Assembly: GCF_004010195.1 (NCBI RefSeq)
Contig: NC_057728.1
Coordinates: 42,575,484 to 42,639,483 of the forward strand
DNA from: Chiloscyllium plagiosum
Lineage: Eukaryota
Direction: 5' to 3'
DNA length: 64,000 nucleotides
Of this stretch, positions 1 to 10,794 are shown piece after piece (position 1 is the first letter of the stretch; each line of letters begins with the position of its first letter). Made by a program: the position numbers and the translations under genes. The notes below the pieces were generated by a model. It saw only the letters and a program-made list of their open reading frames with translations, was not told where the DNA came from and did not search any database.

Positions 1-458
1 CTTAAAACTCTTTACCTACCTTTCTCTGAGCTCGTCTAAAATGCTCGATTCTCGCTTTTGCTTGTCTTCAATATGTGGTGCTTTTTCCTGCTCAATGTAA
101 AACATTAAAACTCTTACTCCTAATGAGGATCAATGTAGAAACGATAGGTAATATCTCCATTGCTGACTGGTATTTATTCAGCACAGACTGAAGATCAGGC
201 TTTGCACTTTCCTGATTTATATGGCTGTTATTTATTTGAGTAAGTTTGCTTGGCAAACTTTGGAGCCCACATTTATATTTTAAGCTAATGGAAACATGCT
301 CTGATTTTCCTCTTGGTCATCTAGGTGTGCTTTGCTTTATGACTAATGTTACCAACAAATGTTTATCTCATTGTGTCCATTTTGATCAGTAAAGTTCCTG
401 TGAAACTATATTAAATGTTAATTCTCAATAACATCGTAATAATATTAACACAGCAATT

Positions 459-776
459 CATAGAATCCGTACAATGTGAAAGTGAGCCATTTGGCACATC
501 AAGTGCACACTGACCTTTCGAACAGCATCCCACCCCCTACTCTATCCCTCTAAAACTGCATTCCTTATGGCCAATCGGCCTAGCCTGCACATCCCTGGAC
601 ACTATGGATAATTTAGCATGGCTAATCCACCTAACCTGCACAACTTTGGGCTGTGAGAGGAAACCCTCGCAGGCACAGGGGGAACAAGCAAACTCCACAC
701 AGACAGTTATCTGAGGGTGGATTCAAACCCTGAGTCAGTGGGGCAGCAGTGCTGACCACTGAGCCATGGTGTCACC
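459..776 (-). mobile_element. tRNA-derived V-SINE (shark HE1-like)
   Basis: Reverse complement of the copy at 56322. A-box tggctcagtgg and central tgtgtggagtttgc domain on the minus strand. Confidence 0.8.
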
Positions 777-1384
777 CTTTGTCTTTCTTTAATCACGAAA
801 GTGACTAAACTCTGTTTATATTTCACTGCAGAACTATGTGTATTGTGTCAATGTGAGATGACAGATATTTTCGTCCACTGCACACTATTTACTTCCCCCT
901 GCTAATGACCCCAATCTATATTCCTGGTTCAGGGGTCATTGTGACACTGCTAGAAAGCACCCATCTGAAAAACATGGAAAGTTCTGCTGGTACTTTTTGA
1001 CTGTATGGAAGAAAAGTTGTGTAAAATAGTGGTTAGGGAGGTCACTAATTGAAATTGTGTAAAGAGTTGGGTCTCATGTTGTTATGGAATATCATCAGCT
1101 TCTGCTGCCAAGCCACAGCAATAACAACACACAGGGCTGGCACATGGTATTATCAGGGAGGATGGTGGTCAGTAGCACTTTGGGCAGAGAAGATAAGTTA
1201 TAGGCAAACAAGGAGGCAGTGCTGGCTCCATCACACAGTTCTTCAACCACCATGCTCCTTGTATGGGATGGGAAAGCAGAAGAAATTTCATCTTTTTATG
1301 CAATTCCTATATTATTTTCTCATATGTAGATGTCTCCACCAATATAGTGATGGAAAGTCACAAATCATTCTTTCATATTTTCAG

Positions 1385-1552
1385 ATCTCGGAGAAGGACC
1401 GTTTATGTTCATTAACTATTTGTGCAATGACACTGTTATTGCAAACAACAAGATCACTGGGGACATTGTACCTTTGCAAATAAACAGTGCTGAACAGGAT
1501 ATTGTAATGAATTTCATGATTACACCTGGACTATACAAGGCAAAGCAGTCAA
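1385..1552 (+). CDS. OTOGL: OTOGL exon, start of AbfB-like region: (D)LGEGPFMFINYLCNDTVIANNKITGDIVPLQINSAEQDIVMNFMITPGLYKAKQS
   Basis: Acceptor tttcag|AT, donor TCAA|gtgagt, phase 1-1. FMITPGL motif typical of otogelins. This frame is not in the ORF track. Confidence 0.9.
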
Positions 1553-2092
1553 GTGAGTATCAAGTAGTTTAGTTGGGAAAATACAGTGGATGTTCGTAGT
1601 ATTCTAAATCTTGCTGCAAATCTGTACATGTTTATATCTAACACATATATCCATAGCAACACTTAGCTAAATAGAGTCAGACTTGCTATTTTGTGGCTTT
1701 ATGAAGATACATTTAGAAATCAGAGCAGAATTTTCCACTGGAATGTCATATCCAGTGGTGACCAATAGCCATAATTCACCCATGTGCTTCCTCATTAAGA
1801 GACTTCCTCCCTAGGTACTTGTTCTGCCTATAATATCTTTAAGATGTGTGGGAAAGTGACTTGCATAGGTCCTCTCAGCACCAAGTAAGCTTCATCATGC
1901 AGATTATCCCACTTCTTGAGACACCATGTTTGTTCTGGGCCTAGCATGGCATGCTCAATGCCATGAGACAGGCAACTAATTCATTGAATTAAGACTCTTG
2001 TGAGGGGCAGTGAAAAGAGGTTCACTAGGATTTTCCTGTTGGTTTCCATTTCCTGACCTGCTGTGGGGTGGGATGGGGCATGTGGAGAGAGG

Positions 2093-2297
2093 TGAAATAA
2101 CTCCACAAAGGTCAGTATCCCATCACCAAGTCAGCCTTTATATATACGTCCTTGACACTGATCCAGCTCTCAGAGTTAGAGGACCTCTAACACTCCTGCT
2201 TATATCTGTCAGCCAGGGCTCCCTGATTGGAACAGATTAATAGCCCCAATCAGGGAACATATTCTATGAGATCCACCTGGCTGACCTCATTACTACA
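2093..2297 (-). mobile_element. Solo LTR (~205 bp)
   Basis: TG...CA termini with short imperfect inverted ends (tgaaataa/ttactaca). Flanks agagg/ggagg look like a 5-bp TSD with one mismatch. Internal inverted CCAAT pair and a TATA-like motif on the minus strand. Confidence 0.65.
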
Positions 2298-2829
2298 GGA
2301 GGCAATTGAAATTCCTGGATGTACCCATTGATAGGTTGGGGAGGACAGTGCTCTAGCATATGCTCCATCTTTCCTTGCCTGCCTGGATGCAGGTCGAGCC
2401 AAAGGCATCCTTGTAAATGGATATTTACAACATGACCCCCAAATCCAGAACCATTACAGTGGAGGCATGACTTTTATTTTTCATTATGTATTTGGGTTTT
2501 TAAAATGCTGGTAAGAGAGCACTTCATGTTGAAATGTCCTCTCAGTTACTTGCCCTTTACTGCACCTGTTGCTGCTGTCAATCTGGAAATATCTGATTTG
2601 TTGTCCACTTTTAACATCTATCTGTCATTCTTGACTGGGCAGGCAATCTGCCTCCATGCCAATTAAGGGGAACACGGTCAATATCCTAAAAAGTAACGTC
2701 TCTCCCTCCGAAGTGTACATTTGAGACCTAACAACAGTCCAGTCTCCTGTATTCCAGCCCCAACTTCATGTGTCACCCTGAGCCAGTGATATCAGTCTTG
2801 CCTTATAGAAGCTTGTTAATAAGGAATCT

Positions 2830-3165
2830 AGACTGATAGAGCAATTCAGTACTTAGGAAGTACTACATTGTCAGAAGTACCTTCTTTCCAATGGGATAGT
2901 GAAGCAAGACTGCATTTTAATGTTGAGGCGCTAAATCATCCAATGGCATTTTGAAGATCAGCAAAATAATTTCATGGTCAATAATTATCTGTCAATTCAT
3001 TTCGGTAAAAATAGATTAACTAGTCATTAATCATTTCCTGTTTGCAAGATCTTGTTTAGGCATGTTATATTACAAAACAATTATGCAATTTAAACATAAA
3101 TGATTGTGAGCTATTTTGTGATATTTTCAGTCTTTGAAGACTGTTGTATATAAATTAGTTCTTAC
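2830..3165 (+). mobile_element. Old DeuSINE (AmnSINE1/SacSINE1-like) fragment
   Basis: Degenerate match to the remembered Deu-domain (cagtact..gagtgctgcattgtcagaggtgcc..., aaacagattatctggtcatt..., gctatataaat tail). Confidence 0.55.
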
Positions 3166-3229
3166 TTACTTGCAGTGTCATTGCTAATTTTGAGTCATCA
3201 ACAAGTAAATGTCAACCACAAATAAACCT

Positions 3230-3655
3230 TAGTGAGTTTTGAGAAGATTTGAAGCTGTAGGTTTGCTCACTGAGCCGGAAGGTTCAGTTTCAGATGTTTT
3301 GTAACCATACTAGGTAACATCATCAGTGAGCCTCCGGATGAAGCATTGGTTGTTTGACCTACTTTTAATTTATGAGTTTAGGTTTCCTTGGGTTGATTAT
3401 GTCATTTCCTGTGGTGATGTCATTTCCTCTTCTTTTTCTCAGGGGGTAGTAAATGGGATCCAAGTCAATGTGTTTGTTGATAGAGTTCCAGTTGGAATGC
3501 ATGTTTCTAGGAATTCTCAGTTGTGTCTCTGTTTGGCTTTCCTAGGATGAATGTGTTGTCCCTGTCGAAGTGGTGTCCTTTCTCATCTGTATGTGAAGAT
3601 ACTAGTGAGAGTGGGTCATGTCTTTTTGTGGCTAATTGATGTTCATGTATCCTCA
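3230..3655 (-). mobile_element. Penelope-like element 3' fragment (GIY-YIG C-terminus plus terminal repeat with decayed hammerhead)
   Basis: Reverse complement resembles 32745-33170 (REFLE.CHS region). Minus strand reads CTGATGAtgttacctagtatggttacAAAAC. Confidence 0.7.
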
Positions 3656-4189
3656 ACAATCTAATTTATGGGCTTTGGTAGGGGATGGATTAATCAAGAA
3701 TGGACAAAAGAGAGGAAATTCTTGGAAGAACTTTCATCTGGAAGATGATTTCTTAATTAAAGCTGAGTATGGAAACTGATAACTTCCAGTTTGCCTTCTC
3801 AGCCTATGTTTCATAGGACCCTGAAGAGACCAAAAAGGCTCCTTCAAGCATCCATAGCTTTTAGGTATATTTTTGTCCATGCATTGTGGGCATTTCTGGC
3901 TTGGCAGCATTTATTGACTATCCTTAATTGCCCTTGAGAAGGCAGTGGTGAGAGTTCTTATTGAAATGCTATGATCCATGTGGTGTAGGTACACCCACAG
4001 TGTCTAACTTCCACAAATCCAATAAAGCTCTTTGCTAAGACGCCACTAGATCTGTCTGTCTTCTCTCTAAAGTAATACAATGGGTAGCCCCTCTGCCTTA
4101 TGACCATTATTATAGCATTGACAGAATAAGCCACCACCATCATATGAACAAGATCTTGGTCCTTCCAGTGGCATCAACAAAATCTTATG

Positions 4190-4560
4190 TAGAATCTTTA
4201 ATTTAATGAAACACCTCAAGATACTTCACAGGGCCATTATAAAATGAAATCTGAGCTACGTAAGGAAAAATTGGTACATTGGTCAAACTGATAGGTTTTA
4301 AGGAGCATCTTGAAGGTGGTGAGTGGAGGGAGGATATTTCAGACCTTGAAGTGTAAGCCATTGAAGGCATGGCTACCAGTGAATTGAAACTGGAAATGAT
4401 TTAAATTGAGGCCTGAGTTAAAGGAGTGCAGGGATCTTAGTGGGTTGGGTTGCTGGAAGAAATTACGGAAAGACTGAGGGATGAGGCCATAGAGGGATTC
4501 AAACGCAAGGATAAGAATTTTAAAATCAAGATGGTGCTTGACCATCAATCACTGTACATC
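4190..4560 (-). mobile_element. L2-clade LINE 3' fragment
   Basis: ORF 4339..4548 (DFKILILAFESLYGLIP...PLRSLHS) resembles the L2 ORF2 C-terminus. Confidence 0.65.
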
Positions 4561-5169
4561 TGTTGGCACACAGATGATAGGGATAAGCAAGAAACAACAG
4601 ACAGTGTTCATTTCAGCCAAATGAGCTCCTTCTATTATACCTAAACTGAGCTCTTGATCCATGAAATACTCTATAAACTTCTCAATGTCAAACCTATTTC
4701 TTAAACTACAATTCCTTACCCCTAAACACATTTTTGATTTGTGTATAAGTATCTGTATCGGCTGATATATTTGAAAGCAGCATGTGAGACAGAACAGTGA
4801 TGTTTGCCTGATTTACTAGATTACATAATATTGACAATGTAGGGAGAAACTAATCAGTCAAACCTGTCTAGGTTTGTGCTTACACTCCACACCAGGTTAT
4901 TCTCACTCACATGATCTCTTTTGACCCTGTCTCTGTAACTGGCAATTCCTTTCACCTAAAAAAACCCCATCAATTCTATGGTTAAAAATTGTGAAATAGG
5001 AGTATGGAAGACTCAATAAAGCCAAACGGATCCCCACTCAACATCAATATGCTTGCAGAAACAGAAATATTGACCAGGCAGTAATAGAGTAGCTAAGGGA
5101 TCAAGGATACAAATATAATTTTTTGACTTAAAGCATTGCTCAAGCATTTTCCATGGACCTTCTTAATTT

Positions 5170-5542
5170 GATTCTTCTATGGGATGTAGGCATTTCTGGC
5201 AAGGGTGGCATTTGTTGCTTCTCTGTAACTGTTTTTAAAATATTAGCTTCATAGGCCATTTCAGAAGGTAGTTAAGAAGCAACCACATTGCTGCAGGTCT
5301 GGAATCACATGGAAGCCAAATAGCAATTCTTTTCATTTTAAAAGATTAATGAACAAGATTTTGTTTTCATTCCAATCAACAATGGCTACATGATTATCCT
5401 CAGGTTAGGGGGGATTTAATTCTAGATTTTATTAAATTCAAACTTAATCATCTATTATGGTAAGATTTGAAGCCATGATCCAAAAGCATTCATCTGTAGC
5501 TCTAGATTCCAAGTCCACAGCCATTGCCACTACACCACTACC
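5170..5542 (-). mobile_element. tRNA-head SINE sharing both ends of the LINE at 10795-13725
   Basis: Minus strand begins gtggtgtagtggcaatg with a B-box-like gcttcaaatct. Body matches 13620-13690 and tail matches 10800-10860. Confidence 0.6.
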
Positions 5543-5599
5543 GAATAGTATTTAAAACCTTTCATTCCACCAATTCAGAAAAGGCTAACAGTGAATTTC

Positions 5600-5830
5600 T
5601 TCTCTCAAGGCACAGTGAATCGGTAATGTTCTTTACCACAGAGGGCTGTTAAGACTGGGTCATTAAGTATATTTAAGGCTGAGATTGACAAGTTTTTAAT
5701 CAGCAAGGGATTATGGGAAAAAGGCAAGAAAGTAAAGTTGTGAATTATCAAATCAGCCATGATTTCTTTGAATGGTGGAGCAGACTTGATGGGCTGAATG
5801 GACTACTTCTGCTCCTATTTCTTATGGTCC
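5600..5830 (+). mobile_element. CR1 LINE 3' end fragment
   Basis: tttaaggctgagattgac...gggctgaatggactacttctgctcctatttcttatg tail, shared with 16900-17100. Confidence 0.65.
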
Positions 5831-6429
5831 TAAGTAAGAAATACAAACACAAATATAACTTAAATGTTCTGAGCTTTTGAACTGATTGCTGGTGTTTTTT
5901 TAAAAATTGGATTGAGACAAGCTTAACATAGCCCATTGGCAGTTGGCATAAATTGATTTTAAATAACTGATACAAACCAACTTGCAGCGTTTGGCAATAT
6001 TATATGAAAAGGTTGAATGGAATTCTTGGTTGCATTGGGCAGATATTTTATTTCTGAAAAAGCTGCCTGTTTTGTTCTGCTGTATGAGCTTTGCTGTTGC
6101 TGGAAGTAGCTGCTTGTTATTTATTAAGGATGGCAAAGCAAAAGTCAAATAGCTAAATCTGTAATCTGATGATGAAATCAACAATCTATCTTCAGTGAGG
6201 TTAGGTTGAATCAGCAGTACTTAAATGTTCATGTTCATATTACTTTCTTAACATAACTATCAGAAATAAAACATAATTGTTAAATGATCCAGTCATACTT
6301 TAGATTTTGTGTAACATAGATTGAAGAATGAGAACCAGGGAGTTGATGATGCCTTAAATAGTGTCATCTACTTTGAGATCACATCTTCAATCTTCAACCT
6401 CCATGACAAAGTGAGCTTGAGAAAACAGG

Positions 6430-7700
6430 GAGATAGGAGCAAGAGTAAACCATAGGCCCACTGCCATTTGATAAACATACAAACGTAGAAAACATAGAAA
6501 GAATAGTAGGAGTAGGCACCTGAAGCATGCTTCTCCATTCATTATGATCAATGGCTGATCATTCAATTCAGTAACCTGTTCCTAATTTTCACCAATTTTT
6601 TTGATATCTTCAGCCCCAAACGCTATTTCAAACTCCTTAAAATCACACAATGTTCTAGGTTCAACTGCTTTCTGTGGGAACAAATTTCACAGGTTCACCG
6701 CTCTCTGGCTGTAGAAATTTCTATTCATCTCAGTTCTGAATAGTTTATCTCATATCCTTAGACTGTGGCCTCTGATTCTGAATTCCACTGTCAGAGGGAA
6801 CATCTATCCTGCATTGGGCCTGTCTAGTCCTGTTAGAATTTTATAGGTTTCTATGAGGACTCCCCCATTCTTCTAAATTCTCTAGAAAATAATCCTTACC
6901 GATTCAACCATTCCGCTTATGTCAGACCTGCTATTTTCAGGAATTACTCCCTTCATACCCAAAACATCTTTCCTCAGATAATGAGGCCAAAACTATGCAC
7001 AATATTCCGGGTGTGGTCTCACCAGGGCCTGTGCAATTGCTGCAAGATATTCCTGCTCCTTTACTCAAATCCTGTTGCAATGAAAGCCAATATATCACTT
7101 GTCTACTTGACCACCTACTGCACGTGCATCCTTACGTTCAGTGACTGGTGTATGAAGACACACAGGTCTCATTGCACATTCCCCTTGGTCAATTTCAGGT
7201 AATAAATTGCCTTTGTATTTTTGCTCCCAAAGTGGATAACTCAACATTTATTCATATGCATGTACCATACATTTGCCCACTCACTCAGCTTGTCCAAATC
7301 ACACTGAAACATCTCTACATCCTCCTCACAGCTCACCCTCTCACCCAGCTTTGTATTGTCTGCAAATTTTGGGATATTATATTTAGTTCCCTCATCTAAA
7401 ACATTAACATATATTGTGAATAGTTGGTCTGAGCATTGATTCCTATGGCAACCTACTGCCTGCTATTTGGAAAAAGACCCATGTATTCTTACTGCTTGTT
7501 TCCTCTCTGCCAACCAGTTTTCTATCTATACTTAAACACTAGCAGCTTTATTTTTTGCACACTATTCATTTTTGTGGGACTTTGTTGAAAACCTTCTGAA
7601 ATTCCAAATGAACCACATTCACTGGCTTCCCTTTATCATTTCTACTGATTATATCTTTGAAGAATTCCTGTAGATTTGTCTACATGATTTCCCTTACGTA
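6430..7700 (-). mobile_element. Decayed CR1 LINE (RT C-terminal half and 3' tail)
   Basis: Homologous to 47211-47890 (gtgtggtctcaccagggcc, LVRPH.EYCVQFW on the minus strand). catagaa tail repeats. Confidence 0.75.
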
Positions 7701-7834
7701 AATCCATAAAGTCATGGGTGAGCCCCAACCTAACTCCATTTCCTACTTGATCTCCATTCTCTTTGATTTCTTTAAAGACTAGCTTTGATTATACTCAATG
7801 ACTGAGCACCCAAATCTCTGAGGAGTAAAGAATC

Positions 7835-8165
7835 ACATAATCCCTACAGTGCAGAATTAGGTCACTCAGCCCATCGAGTCCACACTGACCCTCTGAAGAT
7901 CATCCCATCCAGACCTAGCCCCTTACCCTATCCCTGCATTACCCATGGCTAATTCACCTAACCTATGTATCTCTGGACACTATGGGCAATTTAGCATGGA
8001 CAATTCATTTGTCCTGTACATCTGTGGACTGTGGGAGGAAACCGGAACACCGAGAGAAAGCCCATGTAGACGTGGGGAGAATGTGCAAATCCCACACAGT
8101 CGTCTGAGGCTGGCAATGAACCCAGGTCCCTAGTACTGTGAGGCAGCAGTGCAAGCCACCGTGCA
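7835..8165 (-). mobile_element. HE1-like V-SINE
   Basis: Same family as 459-776 and 56322-56680. Confidence 0.8.
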
Positions 8166-8882
8166 AACGCCCCACAATGACATGCAGGTCTCTGAGTAAA
8201 GAAATCTGATCTCAGTCAAAAATGCTGTTCCCGTATCTAAGCACCCTAGTTCTAAACATTTTATTCAGAGATAACGGCCTCTTCTCAGCATTTGCCAGTC
8301 CTGACATATTTTTAACTTTCAATATCCTTCTCAAAGTTCTTTTCAATGTCAGAGAACAAGCAATGTCAATGATTTAGAGATCAAAGTAAGTAGTAAGATA
8401 CTTTCCTCGCACTTTCCTGTGATCCTGAAAATTGAAATCTAAATAGTTAGCATTCTCTAACTTGTCAATATAGTTTGAAAACGTTTCTTTTTAATTGCAA
8501 AGAAATTACTCCGTAATCAGTTTTGACTTGATGCTTTTACAGCACAACACTCCTTTGTGTACAAACATCCCTCTCCTCTTCTTGCAACTAATTAAACCAC
8601 TCGACATTAATATCACAATAACTTTTTCATTTCAATCTTCATTGATTTTATCTTATGACCTATCAGAAGCAATGCTTTAAGCTGTATATATGACAGCAAC
8701 CTTTAGTGGCTCAGCCAAGTGACTTCAGTTCATATAGGGGCCTTAAGTGCTGTCAGGCTTTATGGTCTGAGTGCATCGTGGTTGCACTTGATTCTGTCTT
8801 CATCAGACCTATATGTATATGTTGGATAATTACCAAGAGCATTTTCTCACCCACTAACTGAAGGAAGCTGACACGAATTATA

Positions 8883-9002
8883 ATTTGGAGATGCCAGTGT
8901 TGGACTGGGGTGTACAAAGTTAAAAATCACACAACACCAGGTTATAGTCCAACAGGTTTAATTAGAAACACACTTGCTTTCGGAGCGTCGCTCCTTCATC
9001 AG
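8883..9002 (-). mobile_element. 120-bp Penelope-type terminal fragment beginning at a hammerhead core, with 13-bp TSD
   Basis: Minus strand CTGATGAaggagcgacgctccGAAAgc. Flanks gacacgaattata (8870-8882) and gacatgaattata (9003-9015). Same family as 60262-60480. Confidence 0.75.
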
Positions 9003-10794
9003 GACATGAATTATAGTACACTTACCTGGAACTAAGTAACTCAGTGAAGACAAAGGATGGGAAATCCTTAGTTGGCAATATGGGTCAAAATTAAAGGAAT
9101 GAATGCCAGCTGACAGTTAGGCTTCAGTTCTTATTTAAATTTGTTTCATGAGCTGTTAATGATCATCATGCCTCCTCAGGCAGTTGAGTAATTAAAGATA
9201 CTGGACCTTGAGCTGCTCACCTTCTGGGCAGTGGCTCTTTAGTTGGGCTTGATGCAGATGAAATGGGGTTGAAACGCAGTGGGGGAGCAAACTTAAATGG
9301 TTACTGTAGAATTCTGAGCTATGTATTGTTGGCATCTGTTTTTCTCATCTGTAAACAACTTTACAGAAGAGTGTCACAGCAGACATTGTGCCCTCCAAAC
9401 GTAAACGAATGGGCGGCCTGTTACTGATTTTAAGCAGCCATCTGGAATGCTTGCAAAGCCACCTGCACCAACATGATAGCATTGTAATGTGAAATTGGAC
9501 CTTTCTGCCCTTGCCTACTGCCTGGAGAACTCACTCAGTAAGGACCACTTTCTATCCTAAAGACTGAAACCTGTGTACTCTTGGTCTGTCCAGAAATGAC
9601 ACACTATGTGGTTCAACCTAGTTTTGTCATATCATGGCTATCATTTCATAATCAATGAGAAAAAGCTTGTAAGTTTAAGTAGATTGTCCTTCCATCTTAG
9701 TATGTTCAGGGCATCTGGAATTTCAGCATTCAGAATCTACTGATGAGAAAAATTGCTTTTCCATTTATGTTTATCGTTTCTGTATTAACATGTTCCTGTA
9801 TATCATATCATGTGCTGGCAAGGGAATGTAAAACCAAGCTTTCAAGCGTTAATACTTATGTTGTTTTCCATTTATTCTGTCAATTCATACAAGAGATTTT
9901 TCAATTGGAAAATGTATCAAGCAATTATGATAAATGAACTATTTTTGTGTTTAAAGAGCAGTGCAAGCAAAGGAGTTTAATTTAAAAAGACCTTTGTGAC
10001 AAATAGTAATTTTTGAAAATGTCGAGGTAATGCTTCCCTGCATATTTGTTAGGTATGCCTTTTACTGTTACATTCAACAATAAAACCAGATAAGATAGTC
10101 AAAATAGAAAAAAGATTTCTTGTCATCAACTCTGTATCTGAGTCGTAAATTTAATTTTTGCAACGTAATCCTGAATAATACTAAGAAATGAAACAACAAG
10201 GAAGTGATTTAAGCTGAGATCAATGTCATAATAAAAAACTTTAGTGAAATGTTTATGAAGAGTTTTAGGATCATCCATGCAAGTTTTTCTCAGCAGCTGT
10301 CGGTAATTTATCCATCTCATTTTGAGAAATCGAAACCTATTTATAGTGTCTGAGAGAACTTGTGTGATGCTTCGTTGCTTTCAGCAATTCAAGTCAAATT
10401 AAACTGTTCGCCAGTGTTTCCTAATCAGTAAGGGTGATATTAATGTTACTTTTTCAAACCAAACAATTCTTAATGATGAACTGAATCCACTCCTTGTGCA
10501 TTGATCAGTGTCTGTCTATACAGATCATGACATAACATGCATTATAATTACTTTGGAGGAAGGTTTCACTTGTATTCTAGGTGTAGTAAGATCCACTTTA
10601 GGGGCCCTAAATTGGAATCAAACATACTCAGTGTAATTATAGAACACCAAGACCCAGAGTTAAGCTTCTTTTAACCTGCATAATATTTTATTACTAATTT
10701 CAACAACTCACTATCGCAAGTATTTTTTTTTGTTCCAGTTTCCAAATCAGCGAGCCTAATGAATCAACTTTACATTTCTGAAAGCCTTTTCTTA

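Noticed and set aside
1049..1483. 144-aa plus-strand ORF
   Set aside because: It overlaps the real exon 1385-1552 in a different frame and has no recognisable motifs.
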